NCBI GenBank assembly: GCA_963809895.1
Contig: CAWELD010000010.1
Coordinates: 160,001 to 224,000, forward strand
DNA: 64,000 nucleotides
Direction of reading: 5' to 3'
Origin: an uncultured Gemmatimonadales bacterium
GTDB lineage: Bacteria > Gemmatimonadota > Gemmatimonadetes > Longimicrobiales > Gaopeijiaceae
The stretch's first letter is position 1. Each line of letters starts with the position of its first letter. Below are positions 32,236 through 40,634 of the stretch, piece by piece. The notes under the pieces are model-generated. The model was not told where the DNA came from. It worked only from the letters and a program-made list of their open reading frames with translations, and did no database searches. A program made the translations under genes and the position numbers.

Positions 32236-33239
32236 ACGCCGCTCCCGCGCTCCTGGAGGTGGAAGGACTGCGCACCTGGTTTCCGGTGCGGCGGGGGGTG
32301 CTCCGACGCGTACGGGGCTACGTCAGGGCGGTGGACGGCGTCTCCTTCACCCTTCACCGCGGCGAGACCCTGGGTCTGGTGGGCGAATCGGGGTGCGGGA
32401 AGTCCACCACGGGTCGCAGCCTGGTGCGGCTGGTGGAGCCCACGGACGGGCGGATCGTCTTCGATGGAGAGGACGTGCGCGCCATGGATGACGAGGAGCT
32501 CCGGAAGCTGCGCCGACGCGTGCAGATCGTCTTCCAGGACCCCTACGGCTCGTTGAACCCCCGTCTGACGGTGGGGGCCATGCTGGACGAGGTGCTGCGC
32601 GTGCATCGGTTGCACGGAGGGGCCGTGGGCCGGCGGCGTCGCGTCGTCGAGCTCCTCGAGCAGGTGGGCCTCTCCCCGGGAGACCGGGAGCGGTATCCCC
32701 ACGAGTTCAGCGGCGGCCAACGGCAGCGGCTGGGCATCGCGCGAGCCCTCGCCGTGGAGCCCGAGCTGATCGTGCTCGACGAGCCCGTATCGGCGCTGGA
32801 CGTCTCCGTGCAGGCACAGGTCGTGAACCTCCTGACGGATCTTCAGAAACGGCTCGGGCTCACCTATCTCTTCATCGCTCACGACCTCGGGGTGATTCGC
32901 CACGTCAGCGACCGGGTGGCGGTGATGTACCTGGGACGAGTCGTGGAGCGCGGCGCCGCCGAATTGGTCTACGAGGCCCCCGCGCATCCCTACACACGGG
33001 CCCTCCTGACGGCGCTGCCGGGGCGCGCTCCGGCGGGCGACGACAGGCGGCAAGCCGTGCTGCACGGAGAACTTGGAGGCATTGCCGATCCCGGCCCGGG
33101 CTGTCCCTTCTACCCGCGGTGTCCGCATCCTTCGAAGGACGCCGAGTGTCAGGCCGGGGTCCCTGCGCTCCATCGCGTGGAGAAAAGGCATTTGGCCGCA
33201 TGTGTAAAGGTCTCTTCCTACATCCGTACAGGGGGTTGA
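32232..33239 (+). CDS. peptide ABC ATPase (OppF/DppF)
   Basis: [21 protein letters not shown] and DEPVSALD motifs. Confidence 0.94.
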   Translation: MNAAPALLEVEGLRTWFPVRRGVLRRVRGYVRAVDGVSFTLHRGETLGLVGESGCGKSTTGRSLVRLVEPTDGRIVFDGEDVRAMDDEELRKLRRRVQIVFQDPYGSLNPRLTVGAMLDEVLRVHRLHGGAVGRRRRVVELLEQVGLSPGDRERYPHEFSGGQRQRLGIARALAVEPELIVLDEPVSALDVSVQAQVVNLLTDLQKRLGLTYLFIAHDLGVIRHVSDRVAVMYLGRVVERGAAELVYEAPAHPYTRALLTALPGRAPAGDDRRQAVLHGELGGIADPGPGCPFYPRCPHPSKDAECQAGVPALHRVEKRHLAACVKVSSYIRTGG

Positions 33240-33265
33240 CACCGGTAGATGGGGAAGGTCATTAT
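33236..33265 (+). promoter_or_regulatory. putative sigma-70 promoter for the exbB-like gene
   Basis: TTGACA-N18-CATTAT, about 100 nt upstream of the start codon. Confidence 0.55.
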
Positions 33266-33366
33266 GGCGACTCGCCGCCAACCCTTGATGTCTACGGTCC
33301 TGCGAGACGGCAGGCCCGCACGCACACCTTGAAACACTCTGGCTGGAGGTCCTTTTGGTCGGTGTG

Positions 33367-34056
33367 ATGCGTCTTTACGGAGCGCTGCTCCAGATTCCCG
33401 GGATGGAAGCCCCGGAACTCACGTTCAGTGAGCAGGTCGCGAAGCAGTGGAACGATACCGGCTTCATGCGCTGGCCCCTGGCTCTCTGCCTGGTCATCGG
33501 TATCATCGTCATCATCTGGAAGTTCTTCGACCTCACGGCCAAGAGCACCAAGACCCGCAAGATCCTCACGGAGGTCGACGAGCTCCTCAACCAGCACCGC
33601 ATTCGTGAGGCCATCGAGGTCACCCGGGATTCCAACGCCCCGGCGGCCAAGATCCTCTACGCCGGCCTCGAGCGTCACGACGAGGGCACCGAGCGTGTGA
33701 TGAAGGCCATCGAGAACCAGGGGCTCATCGAGCTGTCCAAGCTCGAAAAAGGCCTGGTGATCCTGGCCACCCTCACGAACATCGCGCCGCTGCTGGGCTT
33801 CCTGGGCACCGTGATCGGGATGATCCAGGCCTTCCAGTCCATCGAGCTCGCGGGTGAGGTGGAGGCGACCCTGGTCGCCGGAGGCATCAAGGTGGCCCTC
33901 CTCACCACGGCGGCAGGTCTGACCATCGCCATTCCGGTGAGCATTGGCCACAACTACTTCGTCTCCAGGATCGACAGCCTGGTCATCGACATGGAGGAGT
34001 CGGCGCAGAAGATGATCGACGCGCTCCATGCCATGCAGACGCATCAGAGCGGCTGA
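33367..34056 (+). CDS. MotA/TolQ/ExbB proton channel protein
   Basis: APLLGFLGTV.GMI.AF and GI..AL.TTAAGL..AIP motifs. Confidence 0.93.
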   Translation: MRLYGALLQIPGMEAPELTFSEQVAKQWNDTGFMRWPLALCLVIGIIVIIWKFFDLTAKSTKTRKILTEVDELLNQHRIREAIEVTRDSNAPAAKILYAGLERHDEGTERVMKAIENQGLIELSKLEKGLVILATLTNIAPLLGFLGTVIGMIQAFQSIELAGEVEATLVAGGIKVALLTTAAGLTIAIPVSIGHNYFVSRIDSLVIDMEESAQKMIDALHAMQTHQSG

Positions 34057-34083
34057 TCCCGGACGCGACGACCAGATAGCCGA

Positions 34084-34115
34084 AAGGGGCTCCCCGCCGC
34101 CGCGGGGGGCCCCTT
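34084..34115 (+). terminator. GC-rich hairpin after exbB (possible terminator)
   Basis: AAGGGGCTCCCCGC-CGCC-GCGGGGGGCCCCTT, 14-bp stem; no U-tract. Confidence 0.5.
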
Positions 34116-34222
34116 CGTCGTCCCGGTGCGCGGGCTCGTTCCTCGGCGAGCGGCGTGCCTCGGCGCACGAGACCCTCGCACCCCAGGGGGAATCGGGTGT
34201 AGGATGTAAACAGACGTTCCTC

Positions 34223-36603
34223 ATGGACTCCAGCCCGCGTCGCAGTCCCCCCATGCGTTGGTCCGCACGCTCCACCCGGCTACCCGTCGCACTCGCGCTG
34301 TCCGCGGCGCTGATGGCGCCCGCTCGTCCGCTGGTCGCCGCGCCCGCGGCCGGCGACTCCACCGCCGTTCTGGACTCGGCCAGAGCCGAGATGGCCGTGG
34401 GCCGGAACTGGCACGCCGCCGCGCTGCTGGCCCCGCTTCGCAAGGAGGGCGGGCTCGATCGCGCCGGCCTTGTCCTGCTGGCTCGCGCCGAAGCCGGATA
34501 CCGGAACTGGACGGGGGTGCGGACGGTGCTCGAGGAGGTGGCGGCCACGGGCGACCTCGACGGACCGACCTGGCAGCTCCTCGGTCGCGCGCGAGAGGCC
34601 GTGGACGCTCCCGGCCCCGCCGCCGAGGCCTATCGTCGTGCGCTGGCCGGCGGCCTGCCCACGGCCGAGGCCCGCGTCACCCGCCTGCGGCTGGCCCGCG
34701 TGCAGTGGTCGGCGGACCACAGAACGGAGGCCCTGGCGGTCCTGGACTCGGTCGAGGTCCCGGGGCCCCGGTCCTGGCTCGCGCTGGAGCTCCTGGCGCC
34801 GGCCATCGATCGCGGCGACACCGCCGTCGTGCGCACCCTGCTGTCGCGCATCACGGCGCCCACGCCCCTGGACCTCGCCTGGGACGCGACGGCCCGCTCC
34901 CGGTGGGAGGCCGGCGACAGCGTGGGCGCGGCCGAGGCGTATCGGGCGGTATTGGCGGGCTCGCCCACCGACGCCCGCAAGGCGCCGGCCTGGCGGGTGA
35001 TCGGAGAGGTGGCGCTCGCCGGAGGGGACAGCGCCGCGGCGCGCTCGGCCTTCGAGGAGGCGGTGGTGGCCTCACCGTACGGTCGCTCCGGGGGGATCGC
35101 GGCCCGCCATCTCGTCGACCTGGGCGGGCTCACCGCGTCCATGGCGTTGACGGCGGCGCGCTCCCTGGACCGGCTGGGAGACGGGGCCAGGGCCCTCAAG
35201 GCGTACGATCGCTACGTCGCGCGGTCCGAGGCCGCCGGAGAGGAGCCGGCGCCGGCGGCCCGGGTGGAGCGAGCGCGCATCATGGCCACGGTCCGCGACC
35301 GGCAGGAGGAGGCCATCGGCGAGTACCGGGAATTGTCCACGAGTCCAGACCCGGACGTCGGATCCCGGGCGCTGGTGCTGTGGGCCGGACTCCGCCGCCG
35401 GCAGGGACGCACCGGCGACGAGGCGACCATTCGGCGTTGGCTGGTGGAGCGCTACCCCAACACACCCGCCGCCGCCGACGTGGTCTTCTTCAGGGGAGAC
35501 GCGGCCCACGACCGCCAGGACCTGAGCAAGGCGCTCGAGGAGTACGGGCGAGTCGCCGAGATGGCGCCGGCGCTGGACCGGGCCGGGCTGGCCCGTATGC
35601 GCATGGGCATGATCCTCCTGGAGAAGGGAAGGGTCGCGGAGGCGGCGAAGGTCTACGAGGGATACCTGGCCGCCTTCCCGTCGGGGCGCCGGTGGGAGGA
35701 AGCGACCTACTGGGCCGCGCGCACGCGGCTTGGCGCTGGGCGATTCGGCCCAGGGGGCGACGTTTCTGAAGCGCCTTCAGGACGAGGAGCCGTTCTCCTA
35801 CTACGCCATGCTCACCGCGGACCTGCTGGATCGGCCCTTCGCGGTGGAAGGCCTGCCGGCCGGACCGGAGCCGGTGGATCCCGGACTGGCTGCCGGCCGC
35901 CCTGGACGAGCTCGACCTCCTCAGGGCGGCCGGACTGGATGCCGGCGCCTCGAATGCCGCGGACGCCATCGTGGCCCGCGGGCGACGGGAAGGGCACGCC
36001 GTGCTCATGACCGTGGCGGAGCACCTCATCGATCGTGGCCGCACCATGGAGGGGATCAACCTGGGGTGGGAGCTCCGGCGCGAGGGTGAGCCGTGGAGCC
36101 TCCGCCTACTGCGGGTCGTGTACCCGTTCCCGTACCGGGAGATGGTGACCCGCGAGGCCCGGGAGTGGGGTGTCGATCCGTACCTGCTGGCAGCGCTCAT
36201 CCGCCAGGAGTCGGCGTGGGTGCCGGACATCGTGTCCGCTGCCGGGGCCGTGGGCCTCATGCAGGTGATGCCCGCCACCGGCAAGGACCTGGCCCGCTCC
36301 ATCGGGCCGGCCGACTTCACCACGGAGAGCCTGGAGACGCCGGAGGTGAACCTGCACCTGGGTGCGCGCTTCCTGGTGGACGTCATCCAGCGCTACGGGC
36401 CGGACATGCCGCTCATCCTGTCGGCCTACAACGCGGGCCCCACCCGGGCGGAGCGCTGGAAGGGGTTCCCCGAGGCGGCCGATCCGCTGCGTCTCACCGA
36501 GCGCATTCCCTTCGCCGAGACCCGGGGCTACGTGAAGAACGTGACCCGCAACGCGCGGCTCTACCAGGCCCTCTATCAGGTGGACGAGCGGGTCGCGCGC
36601 TGA
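34223..36603 (+). CDS. TPR-containing soluble lytic transglycosylase (Slt70-like), with two apparent frameshifts
   Basis: Signal peptide and TPR region; SLT motifs IRQES, GA.GLMQ.MP.T, AYNAG and IPF.ETR.YV. The frame shifts at ~35730 and ~35881. Confidence 0.85.
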
Positions 36604-36768
36604 CGCCCGCGGCGACTCCGCCGAAGCGGTTGGCGTCGTCGATAACCGGGACGTCGCGTGGATCGTTTGAAAACATCTGTTTGACTTGCTGCCAGCGCGG
36701 TCGATTCTCTACCATGAATGCGGACCGGGCTCCGGTCCGAGTGTTCATCCGAAGAAGGAGGGAGCAGG

Positions 36769-36972
36769 ATGTCCAGAGGGACCGTGAAGTGGTTCAATGA
36801 CGCCAAGGGATACGGATTCATCCAAGCCCCGAACCAGAGCGACGACGTCTTCGTCCACTTCAGCGCGATCCTCGGGGACGGCTTCCGAACCCTCGCCGAA
36901 GGCGAGGAGGTAGAGTTCGAGGTCATGGAGACTGATCGAGGCCTACAGGCCGCGAACGTCATGCGGGCCTGA
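36769..36972 (+). CDS. cold-shock protein
   Basis: [15 protein letters not shown] and DVFVHFSAI motifs; AGGAGGGAG RBS. Confidence 0.95.
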   Translation: MSRGTVKWFNDAKGYGFIQAPNQSDDVFVHFSAILGDGFRTLAEGEEVEFEVMETDRGLQAANVMRA

Positions 36973-37001
36973 TCGGTCACACTCCCTCGCAGGCATCGAA
37001 G

Positions 37002-37040
37002 GCGCCTCGCGGCCAAGCGGTCGCGAGGCGCGTCTTCTTA
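37002..37040 (+). terminator. intrinsic terminator after csp
   Basis: GCGCCTCGCGGCC-AAGC-GGTCGCGAGGCGC, 13-bp stem, followed by GTCTTCTTA. Confidence 0.65.
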
Positions 37041-37052
37041 CACGAATCCCTT

Positions 37053-37357
37053 GCAGGTCGCTGAAGAAGGGGAGTACCCCGCGCGCACGGCGCTTTCGCG
37101 CGTTCAGCCAAGGAACGACGACGAGTCGTAGCAGCGCTACGGCGAGGAGGAGAGACGATGGATCGAACACGCGGAACCGCCATGCGCCCATCCGTATGTG
37201 GCCTATGAACTTGGACGGCAGTGGGTTGGGGCGGCACGGCCCCTCCTCCGTCGTTGAAGCTCCTCGACGTAGCTATGGCTATGCCTTCGTCACTTCGCCT
37301 AGGATGAGGGGCCGTGGCGCTCCCAACGCGGGGTGCTCTCCTTCTTCAGCGACCTGC
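37053..37357 (+). ncRNA. candidate large structured RNA / polA leader, family unknown
   Basis: 37053-37083 pairs with 37327-37357 (29 Watson-Crick + 2 G-U). A second long stem pairs 37226-37245 with 37306-37326, and there are internal hairpins. Confidence 0.6.
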
Positions 37358-37363
37358 TAGACC

Positions 37364-40138
37364 GTGCAGATCCCCCCAAAGAAGCGTCCGCGCCTGTTCC
37401 TGGTCGACGCCTACGCCCTCATATACCGGTCCTTCTTCGCGTTCATCAACCGCCCCCTGGTGAACTCCCGGGGTGAGAACACCTCGGCGCCCTTCGGCTT
37501 CACCAACTTCCTGGAGCAGCTCAAGGCCGATTTCGAGCCGGACTACCTCGCCGTGGTCTTCGACGCCGGGGATTCCTTTCGCGAGGAGATGTACCCCGAA
37601 TACAAGGCCACTCGCGAGAAGATGCCCGACGAGCTCAGGGCGTCGCTGCCCCGGGTACGGGCCATCGTCGAGGCCTATCGCGATCCGGTCATCGAGCTCG
37701 AGGGCTACGAGGCCGACGACGTCATCGGAACGCTGGCGACCAAGGCCGAGAAGGCCGGCCTGGAGGCGGTCATCGTGTCCGGCGACAAGGACTTCTATCA
37801 GCTGGTGGACGCGCACGTCCACCTGCTGAATCCGGGACGCGGCGGTCCCAACGGTGTGGATGCGGAGTGGGTGGACACCCGCAACGCCGACGAGAAGTTC
37901 GGCATCCCCCCCGAGCGGGTGGTGGACTACCTCGCGCTCATCGGGGACTCCTCGGACAACGTGCCGGGGGCTCCCGGAATCGGGCCCAAGACGGCGGTGA
38001 AGCTCCTGGCCGAGTACGAGACGCTGGAGGAGCTGCTGGAGAAGGCCGCCGACCTGTCGGGCAAGCGGGCCCGGGAGGCCCTCACCGAGCACGCTGACGA
38101 CGTGCGGCTGTCTCGCCGGCTCGTGACCATCATGCGGGACCTGCCCCTGGAACTCGACCTGGAGCGGCTGCGCATGGCGGCCCCGGACCATGCCCGCCTG
38201 CGCGACCTGTTCCTGGATCTGGAGTTCCGCCGGCTGGCGGAGAAGTACACGCGGCTGGCGCTGGAGGCCGATGCGCTGGAGAGCGCTACGGCCGAAGAAG
38301 CGGCCTACCGCCTGCTCGCCGATGCGCCCGCCGTGGAGAAGTTCGTCACCCGCGCGCGAGAGAAGGGACGTGTCGCCGTGGACGCCGAGACCACCGACCT
38401 GGATCCCATGCGCGCGGACGTGGTGGGTCTGGCCATGGGCCTCGGTGGCGGCGACGCCGTCTATCTGCCCTTCGCCCACCGTCCCTCGTCCACCCCCACG
38501 CTGGACGCCACCGAAGAGGAGATCCCCAATCTGCCTCCGCTGGGGTCCGAGGCCATGGCTCCCCTGCGTGAGCTGCTGGCGGACCCGGCGGTGGAGAAGG
38601 TGGGCCACAATCTGAAGTACGACATGCTCGTGCTGGAACGGGCGGATACCGAGCTCGCAGGCCCGCTGTTCGACACGATGGTGGCATCGTACGTCCTGGA
38701 TCCGGGGCGGCGCTCGCACGGTCTGGACGAATTGGCCATGGAGATCCTGGCCCACAAGGCCACGGCCTACCACGAAGTGGCGGGCAAGGGCCGCAAGGAG
38801 ATCCCCTTCGCCGAGGTCCCGCTGGACGAGGCGCTGGACTACGCCGCCGAGGACGCCGACGTGGCGTGGAGGCTCTGGGAACGGTTCGCGCCCGAGATGG
38901 AGGAGCACTCCCTCACGCGGCTGTTCCGGGAGCTGGAGATGCCGCTGGTGCCGGTGCTGGCGGCCATGGAGCGGGAGGGGATCCGTATCGACGGAGACTT
39001 CTTCAAGGAGATGAGCACGAAGCTCAGGAAGGAGCTGCAGCTCATCCAGGACGAGATCTACAAGATCGCCGGCGGGGAATTCAACCTGAATTCGACGCCG
39101 CAGCTTCGCGAGGTCCTCTTCACGCGGCTGGAACTGCCGGTCGTGAAGCGCACCAAGACAGGCCCGTCCACCGATGCGTCGGTGCTGGAGGAGCTCGCCG
39201 CCGAGGGACATGCCGTGCCGCGGCTCATGCTGGAGTACCGGGAGCTGGAGAAGCTCAGGAACACCTACGTGGACGCGTTGCCGCGGCTGGTGAATCCCGA
39301 AACCGGGCGGATCCACACCAGCTTCAACCAGACCGTGGCGGCCACGGGACGGCTGTCGTCCAGTGAGCCGAACCTGCAGAACATCCCCATTCGCACGAGC
39401 CTCGGTCGGGAGATCCGCAAGGGTTTCGTGGCGGAGGAGGGACGGCTGCTCCTGGGCGTCGACTACTCGCAGATCGAGCTGCGAGTGCTGGCGCATTTCT
39501 CGGGGGATGCGCCGCTGGTGGACGCCTTCCGGCGGGGCGTCGACATTCACCGGCAGACCGCTGCGGTCATCTTCGACGTGTCGGTGGACGACGTCACGGC
39601 GGATCAGCGGGGGCGGGCGAAGACCATCAACTTCGCGACGCTCTACGGGCAGGGCGCCTTCTCCCTGGGGCGTCAGCTGGGGATTTCCCGCGACGAGGCC
39701 CAGGCCTTCATCGATCAGTACTTCGAGCGCTTCTCCGGCGTGCGGGCCTTTCTCGACGAACAGGTGGCCAAGGCGCGGGACCAGGGCTATGTGGAGACGC
39801 TTCTGGGCCGCCGTCGGTACATCCCGGAGCTCAAGTCGCGCAACTGGAACATCCGTCAGTTCGGGGAGCGGGTGGCGCAGAACACCCCCATCCAGGGCAC
39901 CGCAGCCGACCTCATCAAGCAGGCCATGCTCGACGTGGCCGCGGCCCTGCGCGAGCAGGAGCCCGAGGCCCGCATGCTCCTGCAGGTGCACGACGAGCTG
40001 CTCTTCGAGGTGCCGGAGGAGCGGATCGACCCCGTCAGGGAGCTCGTGGTGGAGCGCATGGAGTCGGCGCTGGAGCTCGAGGTGCCTCTGGTGGCGGAGT
40101 GGGGTGTCGGTCGGAGTTGGTACGACGCCAAGGCCTGA
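37364..40138 (+). CDS. polA: DNA polymerase I
   Basis: 5'-nuclease domain (YKATR, EADD.IG); intact 3'-5' exo motifs (DAET, HNLKYD, YAAEDAD); polymerase motifs DYSQIELR, AKTINF and QVHDEL. Confidence 0.98.
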   Translation: MQIPPKKRPRLFLVDAYALIYRSFFAFINRPLVNSRGENTSAPFGFTNFLEQLKADFEPDYLAVVFDAGDSFREEMYPEYKATREKMPDELRASLPRVRAIVEAYRDPVIELEGYEADDVIGTLATKAEKAGLEAVIVSGDKDFYQLVDAHVHLLNPGRGGPNGVDAEWVDTRNADEKFGIPPERVVDYLALIGDSSDNVPGAPGIGPKTAVKLLAEYETLEELLEKAADLSGKRAREALTEHADDVRLSRRLVTIMRDLPLELDLERLRMAAPDHARLRDLFLDLEFRRLAEKYTRLALEADALESATAEEAAYRLLADAPAVEKFVTRAREKGRVAVDAETTDLDPMRADVVGLAMGLGGGDAVYLPFAHRPSSTPTLDATEEEIPNLPPLGSEAMAPLRELLADPAVEKVGHNLKYDMLVLERADTELAGPLFDTMVASYVLDPGRRSHGLDELAMEILAHKATAYHEVAGKGRKEIPFAEVPLDEALDYAAEDADVAWRLWERFAPEMEEHSLTRLFRELEMPLVPVLAAMEREGIRIDGDFFKEMSTKLRKELQLIQDEIYKIAGGEFNLNSTPQLREVLFTRLELPVVKRTKTGPSTDASVLEELAAEGHAVPRLMLEYRELEKLRNTYVDALPRLVNPETGRIHTSFNQTVAATGRLSSSEPNLQNIPIRTSLGREIRKGFVAEEGRLLLGVDYSQIELRVLAHFSGDAPLVDAFRRGVDIHRQTAAVIFDVSVDDVTADQRGRAKTINFATLYGQGAFSLGRQLGISRDEAQAFIDQYFERFSGVRAFLDEQVAKARDQGYVETLLGRRRYIPELKSRNWNIRQFGERVAQNTPIQGTAADLIKQAMLDVAAALREQEPEARMLLQVHDELLFEVPEERIDPVRELVVERMESALELEVPLVAEWGVGRSWYDAKA

Positions 40139-40247
40139 CGAAGGCCCAGCGGCCCATGGGACCGCCCGGTTCGCCGGGCCATCATGCGGGTGTGTCGCCG
40201 GGGGAGTGCCCCGGTGGAGGACGCCCTCTTCTCAAGGAGATACCCGC

Positions 40248-40619
40248 ATGAGCCGGTCCGTGAACAAGATCATCCTCGTTGGCAACGTGGGTCGCGATCC
40301 CGACGTGAACCAGACGAAGAACGGGACCAAGGTGGCCCACATGTCGCTGGCGACCAACCGTCGAACGCAGGTCGGGGGCGACGAGTCGGAGCGCACCGAT
40401 TGGCATCGCCTGACCTGCTGGAACCGACTGGCGCAGTTCGCCGAGGACTACATCCACACGGGCGACCGTCTGTACGTGGAGGGGCGGCTGGAGTACGACA
40501 GCTACGACCGGGACGGCGTCACCATTCCCACCGCCGAGATCCACGTGCGCGAGGTGGTGCTCCTGTCCCGACGCGAAGAGCTCACGGAGGTGGCGGAAGA
40601 GGTCGCCGAGGTCGCCTGA
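40248..40619 (+). CDS. ssb: single-stranded DNA-binding protein (short)
   Basis: VNKIILVGNVGRDP, SLATN, TDWH and G...YVEGRL motifs; AAGGAG RBS. Confidence 0.93.
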   Translation: MSRSVNKIILVGNVGRDPDVNQTKNGTKVAHMSLATNRRTQVGGDESERTDWHRLTCWNRLAQFAEDYIHTGDRLYVEGRLEYDSYDRDGVTIPTAEIHVREVVLLSRREELTEVAEEVAEVA

Positions 40620-40634
40620 TCCGACACCGGCGGG

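Noticed and set aside
36681..36715. Sigma-70 promoter for csp (TTGACT ... TACCAT)
   Set aside because: The two best hexamers are 23 nt apart and the alternatives are weak, so it was not called.
36943..37237. Minus-strand ORFs (82 and 86 aa) across the csp-polA gap, one with a hydrophobic stretch
   Set aside because: No clear RBS, atypical codons, and one overlaps csp; the RNA structure explains the region better. Not fully excluded.
37053..37357. tmRNA, RNase P, SRP, hammerhead or retron identity for the structured element
   Set aside because: No tRNA-like ends or tag ORF, no GAGGAAAGUCC, no SRP helix-8 motif, no GAAA partner for CUGAAGA, and no reverse transcriptase in the window.
37346..39991. 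881-aa antisense ORF over polA and many similar overlapping ORFs
   Set aside because: Expected stop-free shadow frames in high-GC coding DNA; no motifs.
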